Positions 9,305 through 17,880 of a DNA stretch of 57,399 nucleotides are shown here, piece after piece; the stretch's first letter is position 1, and each line of letters begins with the position of its first letter. The notes under the pieces were generated by a model that was given only the letters and a program-made list of their open reading frames with translations, made no database searches and was not told where the DNA came from. The DNA comes from Patescibacteria group bacterium (GTDB taxonomy: Bacteria; Patescibacteriota; Patescibacteriia; XYB2-FULL-38-15). The translations under genes and the position numbers were made by a program. The DNA lies in assembly GCA_041737355.1 (NCBI GenBank), contig JBGSRW010000004.1:1-57399 (forward strand). The letters run 5' to 3'.

Positions 9305-9985
9305 TTATTCTTCTACCCTGACTTTGCCGATCTCGACCATCTTTTCCGTTTCGGCCAATTCGGGATTATATAAATTATAGAAAAGTTCTATTAAACTTTG
9401 CGTATCAAGAATAACCGAAGTTAGTCCCATGCTTGAAAGAAGCATCTGGACGTGTTCGACTCTGGCAAAAAGATCCCTTCTCCTTTTTTTGAATCTTTCC
9501 GCCCCGAGGCTGATTGCCGTACCAGGACTCAGGACTTCGCCGAATCTCGACCAAAATCCTTTTCTCTTATCGGAAAGCGGATCATAGGGAACGACTACAT
9601 AGAAACGCTTGCTCATAATGTCCCCCATCTCCACCAATTCTTTTATATACTCTCTGTAGTCGGCAATCTGAATTTTCAAAAGTTCGTTTGTTTGTTCTTT
9701 CTCAACCTGCCCGAGCTTACCAAGATAAGCGTCAATATTCAATTTGCGGGACTGGACAACGATCTGGAGAGGAAATTCAAGGGCATTCAAAAAAGAAACA
9801 TAGGCGGCGATAATGGCGTTTTGCTCTTCCTCTGATTTAAGAGCAAAATTTATGCTCGAAACCAAAAGCACGGCCCGCATTGTTCCGTCTTTTAAGACGA
9901 CGCTGTCTTCGCGAACTTCCGCTATATCCAGACGATGTTTTGTTGCTACACCGGGTTTTGGCCCGGCTAACTTTTTGGACTGCAT
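9305..9985 (-). CDS. Hypothetical protein resembling a VirB4/TraC N-terminal domain, without an ATPase domain
   Basis: 226 aa, no TM helix, no P-loop. The pattern LDIAEVREDSVVLKDGTMRAVLLVSSINFALKSEEEQNAII..FLNALEFPLQIVVQS is reminiscent of the N-terminal region of VirB4-family proteins. It lies between the PrgI-like gene and VirB4. Confidence 0.35.
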   Translation of the reverse strand: MQSKKLAGPKPGVATKHRLDIAEVREDSVVLKDGTMRAVLLVSSINFALKSEEEQNAIIAAYVSFLNALEFPLQIVVQSRKLNIDAYLGKLGQVEKEQTNELLKIQIADYREYIKELVEMGDIMSKRFYVVVPYDPLSDKRKGFWSRFGEVLSPGTAISLGAERFKKRRRDLFARVEHVQMLLSSMGLTSVILDTQSLIELFYNLYNPELAETEKMVEIGKVRVEE

Positions 9986-9998
9986 AACGGGTTAAAAA

Positions 9999-10424
9999 TT
10001 ATTCTCCCTTGTAAACTCCGCCTGTATTGACGATCAAGGATAATTCCGCAAGTTTTGTCGCTACAATCGGCTCTTTTATCGGCCGGGGAACAGCTACCTT
10101 AACTTCTTCTTTTTTTAAATACCTTCTGACTTCATCAAGACCAAGCTCCTTGTTCCAGATGCGTAGAGGCGGCCGGCGCAGAGTTTGTAATAAATTAAGA
10201 AGAAAAAAATGGAAAGGCTGTCCGTTGACTTTTATAAAAGCCAGGACAACCCCTAGGCCGAAAATCGGCAAAGCAAAAATCAAAAAATAAATAAAAGTAA
10301 AAAGTTTGTAAAAAATAAACAAAACTATCGCTACCGCCAGAAGAATAATAAATTGCCGCGCCGTTATCGGGCCGATAATCTTGTCTTCCACGTCAATAAA
10401 TTGAGGAATAACAAATTGCTGCAT
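9999..10424 (-). CDS. PrgI family (VirB3-like) small membrane protein
   Basis: The N-terminus MQQFVIPQFIDVEDKIIGPITARQFIILL followed by two TM helices is the characteristic PrgI-family start. It is located directly upstream of the VirB4 genes. Confidence 0.7.
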   Translation of the reverse strand: MQQFVIPQFIDVEDKIIGPITARQFIILLAVAIVLFIFYKLFTFIYFLIFALPIFGLGVVLAFIKVNGQPFHFFLLNLLQTLRRPPLRIWNKELGLDEVRRYLKKEEVKVAVPRPIKEPIVATKLAELSLIVNTGGVYKGE

Positions 10425-10463
10425 GATTTAACTTAAATCTCTAATAATTATAGCATTTTTTCT

Positions 10464-12032
10464 TTAATACCTCAAAGATCTGCTGAGTTTCACGAGGGCC
10501 TGGTATTCCGCCTCGGTAAGAGACGGCTTGCCTGATGAAATCCGGGAAGCGATGACTTGGCTTACCGACGCGCCCTGATTCATGCTTTCCCGGCTTATTT
10601 CAAGATAAAGTTTGTAAACCTCCGATTCCTGCCATGCCTTGATGCCGGCTATTTTTTTTGTAATCGATTCCCTTTCCAGAAGTCTCATTTTTTCCTGAAC
10701 TTTCGCCGACGCTACCTCGGGATTTTGATCCAATCTCCTGAAATCGACCATGGTCATTTCCTTCAATTCCTCAAGCGGCCCGACAAGTTTCGGGACATAG
10801 CGGACGTCCTCCAAGCGCGGCCTCTTGTCGTCAACCGTAACAACCGGGCGCCTGGACGGGGCCGTAGCCGGTTTCAAAATTTGAAAAGGCTTAGGCTCTT
10901 CTCCGGGAGAAACCTTTCCCCTGATCGCCGAGGGAATTTCTTTTATTATTTCCGCCGACGGCTTTATTTCTCCAGCCGGCCGTAGCGGTATTTTTTCCGG
11001 AACAATCGCCGGTTTTGCCGGAGCAATGGTTGAAATTTTTGCCTGCATGCCGGCAGGCGGAGCGATCATTGCAGCCGGAACATCGAGCGGGGCAATCTGC
11101 GCCCTTTTCGTAATTTGCTGCCACCGTTCGTCTATCTTATTTTTAACCTTTGTTAAAACTTCTTCGTTGGCCTTCCCTGTCATTACCCTTTCGCTCTCCA
11201 GGGCCTTTTCTACCGTTGACACGGCTTCTTCTTTGTTTTTTGCTTCCGCCCCGCCGATTATTTTTTTCGCGGCGGCCAGTATTTTGGAAATCTGTTCGGA
11301 CGTAAGAGTGATTCCGGCTGAACCGAAAAATCCGGACAAAGTATCCTGCATTTCAAAGCCGTCCCGAATATCCTTAAGATGCGTCAATAAAATATTTTCC
11401 AATTTTTTTCTTCCTATCTCGTCCAAGTTCACTCCGCTTTCCCCAATAACCGAATCGACCAGCCCGGCTGTTTCCGCCGGTTTCAAGCCGGAAACCTGTT
11501 TCGGTAATTTATCCCGCTTTGCCGAAATTTCCGCCTCGTCCGCCGGAGAAAAAACAAGTTCCGCCACTCCTTTCGGCATCTCGGCTATTTTTGGCTTACG
11601 GCTTTCTGTTTTTACCGCGTTTTTTATCGCCGGACGGACTTCCGTTTTCTTTGTCTCGGTTGCGGCGGCAGTTTCTTTTTCATCCTGCCTCTCTCCCTTC
11701 GGCTTAATCTTTCCGACAAGACCGATTACCAAATCGGCCGCCTCCGGAGTAAAACCCATCCCACCGGAAGGAACTGCTCTAATAAGGGCGCTTTTGGTTT
11801 CAAATTTATCCCTGACATCCTTGAAGTAAGCTTCCAACTCATCGGCAAAACGCGCCTTAAGATTTTCCGCTATCCGCAATCCGCTTTTTTCTATAATTTG
11901 GTCAACTAATTTTTTTTCAACCTTGGCGGAAGTTGCCTTTACCGGCGGAGTGAAATCATAAAACTTGCCGCCTCGTAAAATTTTAAACTTACCGGCCGGA
12001 TCTTTGATAATTATTTCGTCACCCACGGACAT
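10464..12032 (-). CDS. Hypothetical protein, Ala/Lys/Pro/Glu-rich, no TM helix
   Basis: A long intact ORF in the co-directional cluster. It has low-complexity central and Pro-rich segments (APAKPAIVPEKIPLRPAGEIKP). I see no recognisable catalytic motif. Confidence 0.6.
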   Translation of the reverse strand: MSVGDEIIIKDPAGKFKILRGGKFYDFTPPVKATSAKVEKKLVDQIIEKSGLRIAENLKARFADELEAYFKDVRDKFETKSALIRAVPSGGMGFTPEAADLVIGLVGKIKPKGERQDEKETAAATETKKTEVRPAIKNAVKTESRKPKIAEMPKGVAELVFSPADEAEISAKRDKLPKQVSGLKPAETAGLVDSVIGESGVNLDEIGRKKLENILLTHLKDIRDGFEMQDTLSGFFGSAGITLTSEQISKILAAAKKIIGGAEAKNKEEAVSTVEKALESERVMTGKANEEVLTKVKNKIDERWQQITKRAQIAPLDVPAAMIAPPAGMQAKISTIAPAKPAIVPEKIPLRPAGEIKPSAEIIKEIPSAIRGKVSPGEEPKPFQILKPATAPSRRPVVTVDDKRPRLEDVRYVPKLVGPLEELKEMTMVDFRRLDQNPEVASAKVQEKMRLLERESITKKIAGIKAWQESEVYKLYLEISRESMNQGASVSQVIASRISSGKPSLTEAEYQALVKLSRSLRY

Positions 12033-12053
12033 AAACTCTGCTCCAATCTTTTT

Positions 12054-13289
12054 TTACGACCACTTAAATTCTTGTTTTTCCAGATCAAAATAAACCAAAC
12101 CCTGGTATTTTCCGCCCGCACCGTCCCGGGAAAGAATGTTGAATAATTTCATGCCAATCCTTCCTGATTCGTCTTCGCTCAGACGGGCTCTTTCTTTCAA
12201 AACATATTGCAAAAATAAACTTAAATACCGCGGATCTTTCGGACTAAGCTTGAAGCCGGCCAATTCCGCCTTCCCGCTCCCCTCCTTCAAATGAACAACC
12301 ATCATCTCGTTGAATTTTTTTTCTTCGAGCAAGCCGGCCAATTTTCCGCCCTCCGCCATTACCATCAAAACCGCCGACAATCTGTATTTGTTTACCGTCC
12401 GGCCCGGCCCGGGAATAGCCTCGAACAAAATCTCTTCCAGTTTTCCCGATTCTCCGCCCGACTCCTTGGCAATATTTTTCATTTCTGTCTCGATTTTTTT
12501 GGCCTCGGCTGCGTCGCCTCGGTATTTTGCTTCGATTTCATCCTGGATTTCTCCGACCTTCGAAACTCCCTGGGCTTGCTTGACCATGTCTTTGACGTCC
12601 CTTCCGACGCGTTCGGTTATCCCCTCTTCGTAAATGTCAACCTCTCCGTCAACAACGAAAACGGTCGTCTCCTCAATTCCGTCGAGCTCCAAGGAAGATA
12701 ATTTCATTTTTTCGTAAAATTTAAAAAGATAATCGAGTCTTGCCCGGCCTTCACGGCTTAATTTTTTCGCGTTTTCTCCGCTTGTGAGGTATTGCGACAA
12801 TTTCAAAGTTTCAACCCGCCCCGTCCCCAAAACGCTGCGGTAATCAGTCAGCCAATTCTTAACCGTCCCGCGCATTTCTCTTCCGTTGATAATAATTTTT
12901 TCCTCGGTCCAGTCCTGATCGGATACCAAAAGAGCCTCCCTGATTAATTTACGCAAAGTATTTCTCTCCTCAAACTCAGGTAAAGACAAAAGTTTTGCTT
13001 TTACTTTTTCCCAAAGATTATACCCCGGCATTGCCGTGACCGCCGATAAATTATTTTTAATCAGTTCGATAATTTCTCCGGGAGCCAAGCGGGGCAAGGC
13101 GACAAATCTCGCCTTAACAAGCATTTCTTCACAGGCGAGTTCCGCTTCCGGCTGGTCGATTCCCTTAGTAAGGCTGTCTTCAAGAAACCCCGCCAAGAGC
13201 CGGGCCTTATCCGCCAAATCAAAATTAACCGCTTCTTCGGCGTGATACCGGATGGCTTCTAAAGTTTTGGAATTATTCAAATCGAGCAT
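12054..13289 (-). CDS. Hypothetical soluble protein
   Basis: Intact 411-aa ORF, tightly packed with its neighbours. No TM helix and no motif I recognise. Confidence 0.6.
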   Translation of the reverse strand: MLDLNNSKTLEAIRYHAEEAVNFDLADKARLLAGFLEDSLTKGIDQPEAELACEEMLVKARFVALPRLAPGEIIELIKNNLSAVTAMPGYNLWEKVKAKLLSLPEFEERNTLRKLIREALLVSDQDWTEEKIIINGREMRGTVKNWLTDYRSVLGTGRVETLKLSQYLTSGENAKKLSREGRARLDYLFKFYEKMKLSSLELDGIEETTVFVVDGEVDIYEEGITERVGRDVKDMVKQAQGVSKVGEIQDEIEAKYRGDAAEAKKIETEMKNIAKESGGESGKLEEILFEAIPGPGRTVNKYRLSAVLMVMAEGGKLAGLLEEKKFNEMMVVHLKEGSGKAELAGFKLSPKDPRYLSLFLQYVLKERARLSEDESGRIGMKLFNILSRDGAGGKYQGLVYFDLEKQEFKWS

Positions 13290-13294
13290 AAAAG

Positions 13295-14395
13295 TTATTT
13301 TTTTATTTCCCGCCAGACTTCATCCGCCTCATCGGGCCGATTCTTTCTTTCTTCAAGATATTTTTTAAGTCCGGCGGAAAACGATCCGGGCAATCCGAGA
13401 TTAGCCAATTCCCCTTCCGCCGAAGCCAAAAATTTAGCCGCTTCGGGATTGAAATTTTTCCGGGCCAGACTTTTTTCAAAATTAGCCGCGTTAAGCATTA
13501 AAATAATTTTTCCCTCTTCGCCCAAAACAAACTCTCCGCCCCCTCCGGAGGCCCCCTTTTCGCCCGGATTAAAATATCCATAAGCTTCCGGGCCGAAATA
13601 TCTCGCGGCGATTTCCGGTTCTATTTTTTTTATCGCCCAAAGCACGGCCGCAAGATGGTCTTTTGCTTCAAGCTCACGCCAAACCCTGCCCTTTCGGCCG
13701 ACGGAAAAGGCCAGACTCCATTGGTTTTGCGCCGCCGCCATACAGGAAAGATCCTGGGCCAGGGAAAAGGCTTTTTGCTGATATAAAAAATTATCAAAAG
13801 CTCTGTCGCTTAAAATCTCCCGGTCGCCGATAATCATCTCGCCGACAAGTTGGTTTAATCCTAAAAAATCGCTTCGGTAACCGTAATAATTTAAAAATTC
13901 TCCGAGTTTTTCTTTTTCCGCCGCCTTTTTAAGAACGGCGCCCATCCCGGGCAAGTCGCCCTTTCCCGAAAAAATATTAAAATCCCTTGCCAATTCTTCA
14001 ACCGATTCTCCGGTTATTTTTTTCATCGCTTCGGCTTCGTCCTTCCGCCGGGCAAAATCCTCGTCGGTTAAAATCGCTGCCGACTCGGCAATAAGTTCGT
14101 CCAATTCCTTTTCAAATTCTCCGGACGTCCGTTTGGCTTCCGCTTTGCGCCGGGCAACCTCCGCTTTGCGTTCCCCCTCCGGCATATTCAAAAGATTGAG
14201 TTTGTCCTGAGCAAGCTCGAAATTTTGGTCGGCCTGGCTCAATTCGTTTTTCCGCTCGGCCTCGGAAAGAGCGGCTAAGCGGTCGGCTTCGGATAAAAAC
14301 CTAAGCAAGGCCTCTTTTTCCGGCCCGGCCGGAAGATTTGCCACATATTGCTTGAAGCCTTCCGAAACGCTGATTTTTTTATCCTTTTTATCCAT
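13295..14395 (-). CDS. Hypothetical soluble protein with a charged/coiled-coil N-terminal half
   Basis: Intact 366-aa ORF, 5 nt from the next gene. The N-terminal third is Glu/Lys/Arg/Ala-rich. No motif I recognise. Confidence 0.6.
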   Translation of the reverse strand: MDKKDKKISVSEGFKQYVANLPAGPEKEALLRFLSEADRLAALSEAERKNELSQADQNFELAQDKLNLLNMPEGERKAEVARRKAEAKRTSGEFEKELDELIAESAAILTDEDFARRKDEAEAMKKITGESVEELARDFNIFSGKGDLPGMGAVLKKAAEKEKLGEFLNYYGYRSDFLGLNQLVGEMIIGDREILSDRAFDNFLYQQKAFSLAQDLSCMAAAQNQWSLAFSVGRKGRVWRELEAKDHLAAVLWAIKKIEPEIAARYFGPEAYGYFNPGEKGASGGGGEFVLGEEGKIILMLNAANFEKSLARKNFNPEAAKFLASAEGELANLGLPGSFSAGLKKYLEERKNRPDEADEVWREIKK

Positions 14396-14404
14396 AAATA
14401 TTTT

Positions 14405-16828
14405 TTACTCCGTCTTCTTCGCGAGATTTTGGTTGGCGAGAGCCAGGTTCTTTTTAGCCACCAATTCCACCAAGTCTTTCATTTCATCCTCGTCTATTTT
14501 CCCGTCGGCCTGGGCGGCCAATAATTTTTTGAAGAATTCTGTCTCCGAGGCGGCTTTGGCTCCTTCTTTCGCTTTTTTCAGCTGTTCTTCGTAGGGTAAT
14601 TTGAAAAAGCTATTTGCGTCTTCAGCGCTTTTTAACCCCGATGCTTTTTCTATTTTTTTCAATTCAACGTCGAGGTTGTTAACAACGCTCTGGTTATTAT
14701 TGATATCAATATCAATTTCTTTCTGCCGGGTTTCCAAATCAAACCTTCTGTCTCTTTCCGCGGGAGTAAGCGGCCCAACTTTTTCCATATCAGCCAGCCT
14801 CCGAAGCTCTGACTGATTTCTATTTTTTTCCTTGGACAGCTTATCGTTTTTTGTGATTGCATCAGTTCTTCTCTTCGTGGCGTCAGTTTTGGCTTTAGCC
14901 GGATCATCTAATCTCAACTTAACTTTCTCAAGATTGCTTGCATCAACTTTTACCGAATCCTCCAGGGTTCCCCTCCTCATAATCAATTCCCCTTCTCTTT
15001 TTTCCGCTCGCGATACCATTGAACCGTCTGCCTGTTTTTCTTTTTTCATGAGCGAATCAATTCTCTTTCTCTCTTTATCAACATCAATTTCTCCTTTATT
15101 TTGCTGAATCAATTCATTTGTCCGGTCAACTCTTTCCTGGTCGGTCATCGGCCGCTTTCTTTCTTCTTTGGCTACTTGCTCTTCAGCTCTTTCCTTTGCA
15201 ATATCGTTTTTCAAATCAACATCGCTCAACCCCTGGCGGCGGCGGGCCGTATCAATAGAAGACAATTCCTGGTCAACTCCCCTGAGTTCGTTTTGTTTGC
15301 TCCGGACCGCGCCTTCAAGAGATTTTCTTTCGCCCATATCGTCGGAGGCCCTTGCCTCGCCCATAGCCGCGGTTGTCCGCTGCTTTAAAACCTCGGCCTG
15401 GTATGGATCTTCGGCATACATTTTTCCGGCCGCTTTTCCCGCGTAACTGTCGGCAATCCGCTGCATCTTGTCTTTGGCATCCTGTTTACCAAGCATCAAT
15501 CTTCCCCGCTCATAAAGCGACATTTTGGTCATAACACGGGGATCGCCCAAGGCGGCCAAGGTATAACGCCCCTGAGCCAGCCGTTCTGCAACTTTACCCA
15601 TGCCTCTGGCCTCGCGCTGGGATTGGAGGGATTTTCTCCTGTCCTCGGAAATTTTCGCCCTCATTGCCGAGCCGGGCAGGGCAACTCCGGTCCGGGCATA
15701 AGTAATATCAGCCATTTTGTTGAATCCGGTTTTAGCTCCCCATTTCGCTCCCGACTTCGCCCAGTTAAGCGGCGCGGTGCCGGCTTTTCTAACATTGCTT
15801 AAAACCGAATCGGCAAGGCCCGATCCGGCGACTCCCATATCTTTCGCAATCATCAAACCGATTAAAAACATCGCCGTGGCGACAATTACCGAAGATAACT
15901 TTTCCATTGTCCCAAGCGCCCCGACCCCGACTGCCGGTCCGGAGACCGTTGAGGTTCCGACCGTCACACCGACCTGCTCGTTGCCCGTTCCTCCTCCGGC
16001 GACAATCAAAGCCAGCCAGATAAAAAAAGCCAGCATCGGCCCGGTAATAACGTACTTACTGAAATTATCCTGCCATTTTTTTGCCGCCGACTGGCCTTGG
16101 GGAAAGGAAGCCATTAAAAAAGCCAAGGGAGACAAAATTATCAAAATCCAAAGAACAATAATTCTCGCGATCAGCATAACAAGCAAAACTCCGACCGTAG
16201 AAATAGCGATCAGGAGAACAACCAAGCCCAAAAGCAGGGCGGGCAATAGACTAAGGCTGCTGTCCAGCCCTTCGCCTCCCGCCAGGGCGTAAACCTGGTC
16301 AATACCAAAAGCCTGGACAAAATTCGCCCCGGCCGCCGCCTTGAAAGCGTTGACAAAAGTCAGCATGATTACCTGGGAAAAATCAATGACAATCCCGCAG
16401 ATCGTTTTGCTGAAATTAATCAGAACCGCCATCAGCAAAAACTTCGGCAGCAATTTTTTGTAATTGTAGGATTCAACCCGCAAAATCGTGGCAATGGCGA
16501 TAACAAGGAGAATTACCACGAAAAACATATTGGCTATGTCGCGGACAATTACCCAGCCGGTCTGGACCGCCTGGGAATTCAAAAAATTATTGTATTGGCA
16601 AACTTTTACCAACTGCTCGGTCAAGCTCAAAAATAACTGGCCAAGCCAACCGGTTATTGCCTGAAGCAATTTGTTGATAAGCCAGGCGACAGCGTCACCC
16701 GCGCTATCAAGTACCCCGGCGGCAGTAATAGCATACGTCGGCTTGACAACAAAAAAAATCCCCGCGGAAATAACCGAAAACAGCACAAAGCTGAGTTTTC
16801 TTCTTTGAGGATTCAAAAATTTAAACAT
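14405..16828 (-). CDS. Polytopic membrane protein, VirB6/TrbL-like, with a roughly 420-aa charged coiled-coil C-terminal tail
   Basis: An N-terminal signal/TM helix followed by at least 6 hydrophobic helices across residues 1 to about 380. The rest is extremely K/E/R/D-rich (e.g. DIAKERAEEQVAKEERKRPMTDQERVDRTNELIQQNKGEIDVDKERKRIDSLMKKEK). The VirB6 assignment rests on topology and context. Confidence 0.5.
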   Translation of the reverse strand: MFKFLNPQRRKLSFVLFSVISAGIFFVVKPTYAITAAGVLDSAGDAVAWLINKLLQAITGWLGQLFLSLTEQLVKVCQYNNFLNSQAVQTGWVIVRDIANMFFVVILLVIAIATILRVESYNYKKLLPKFLLMAVLINFSKTICGIVIDFSQVIMLTFVNAFKAAAGANFVQAFGIDQVYALAGGEGLDSSLSLLPALLLGLVVLLIAISTVGVLLVMLIARIIVLWILIILSPLAFLMASFPQGQSAAKKWQDNFSKYVITGPMLAFFIWLALIVAGGGTGNEQVGVTVGTSTVSGPAVGVGALGTMEKLSSVIVATAMFLIGLMIAKDMGVAGSGLADSVLSNVRKAGTAPLNWAKSGAKWGAKTGFNKMADITYARTGVALPGSAMRAKISEDRRKSLQSQREARGMGKVAERLAQGRYTLAALGDPRVMTKMSLYERGRLMLGKQDAKDKMQRIADSYAGKAAGKMYAEDPYQAEVLKQRTTAAMGEARASDDMGERKSLEGAVRSKQNELRGVDQELSSIDTARRRQGLSDVDLKNDIAKERAEEQVAKEERKRPMTDQERVDRTNELIQQNKGEIDVDKERKRIDSLMKKEKQADGSMVSRAEKREGELIMRRGTLEDSVKVDASNLEKVKLRLDDPAKAKTDATKRRTDAITKNDKLSKEKNRNQSELRRLADMEKVGPLTPAERDRRFDLETRQKEIDIDINNNQSVVNNLDVELKKIEKASGLKSAEDANSFFKLPYEEQLKKAKEGAKAASETEFFKKLLAAQADGKIDEDEMKDLVELVAKKNLALANQNLAKKTE

Positions 16829-16947
16829 ACTTATCTTAAGTATAGCACAAAAATCGTCTCCGGGCTATTTATAATCTAAATCTCCGGCCTGGGGATATCT
16901 TAAGCTAAAAAATCCCAAAAAAATAGACCGTTTTTTCTTTATTTTAA

Positions 16948-17670
16948 TCAAAAAAGATCAGAAATGGCGCCAAATATATCACCAACCCCCGGAATCAGGG
17001 ACGCTGCCCCAATAACCAATATAACCAAAATAATAAGTCCTCCTAAAAACCCTGCCATGGTGCAACCGATAATTTCAAAAGGGGCAAGAATAAGCCGGAG
17101 GGAATTTTTAACGGTTTCCGTAATAGCCGCTCCCCCGAGCCCTCCGCCGCCCCCTGCCTCTTTTGCTTCCGCGGCTTTGGCTTGGACTTTGGCAGCGCTT
17201 TCCGCGGCCTTGGCGGCAATCATTGTCGCCTTGGCGGTAATCATTCCCAAAATCCCGGCAATAAATAAAATCAAACCGAGCAAAATCAAAGGCACCCCTA
17301 TCACGAGACCGACAAGAGTTATTCCAAAACCCATGCCAATGCTAATCAAAGAGCTTCCGCTCGTCCTGGCAAGCGCCGCGGCGGCATTTTGCGCCTGACT
17401 GGCCATTTTTCCGGTCTCAATTACGGCTTTGGTAGCAACCTTTTTGACCGTCTTCCCGACCATTCTTTTGGCCCGAAGCAGGGCTCCGGCTTTTTTCTGG
17501 GCATCCGGTCCGGAAATTGAATCCGCTCCGGAAAAATCCTCATTCCCCGCTTCTTCCGCCGGCGCCTCCGAGGGAGGCTGGCGCAAGGCCTGAACCCGGC
17601 TTTGCCGAAGAGCGCTTTGAATATTTTTTCCTTTTTCGATTGCCGCCATATAAATACTAAATAAAACCAC
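16948..17670 (-). CDS. Ala-rich multi-TM membrane protein, first gene of the T4SS-like block
   Basis: A soluble N-terminus of about 100 aa, then a TM pair, then an Ala/Lys helix and GGGGGLGG, then another TM pair. The GTG at 17670 has AAGGGGA about 10 nt upstream. The alternative ATG at 17649 has no SD sequence. Confidence 0.55.
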   Translation of the reverse strand: MVLFSIYMAAIEKGKNIQSALRQSRVQALRQPPSEAPAEEAGNEDFSGADSISGPDAQKKAGALLRAKRMVGKTVKKVATKAVIETGKMASQAQNAAAALARTSGSSLISIGMGFGITLVGLVIGVPLILLGLILFIAGILGMITAKATMIAAKAAESAAKVQAKAAEAKEAGGGGGLGGAAITETVKNSLRLILAPFEIIGCTMAGFLGGLIILVILVIGAASLIPGVGDIFGAISDLF

Positions 17671-17697
17671 GGGCTGTTAATCCCCTTTTATTTGTTA

Positions 17698-17756
17698 ATT
17701 ATACCACAGAAAAACCAAGGACGGAACTTGACAAATTCAACAAAACGAGTTAGGGT
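17698..17756. promoter_or_regulatory. Candidate back-to-back divergent promoters
   Basis: Minus strand: an extended -10, TGgTATAAT (17698-17706), upstream of the T4SS-like block. Plus strand: TTGACA (17728-17733), a 17-nt spacer, then TAGGGT (17751-17756), upstream of the PEGA lipoprotein gene. Confidence 0.3.
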
Positions 17757-17880
17757 GGAAGGTGGTCTTGAATCCGGACAAAAGGGCTGAAATAAAACTC
17801 TTTTGTCTGGGCTTAAGGCCCAAAAGCCCGAAGAGGGCTTATAGGAAAAATCCGCCCGAAAGGCGGAAAAGGAGGGTGTG

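Noticed and set aside
16829-16947. Possible promoter or extended -10 (TGCTATACT) and a direct repeat TCTCCGG x2 in the spacer upstream of the VirB6-like gene.
   Set aside because: The -10-like element lies only about 12 nt from the ATG with no -35 and no SD sequence, and the repeat is 7 nt. Neither is distinguishable from chance without transcript data.
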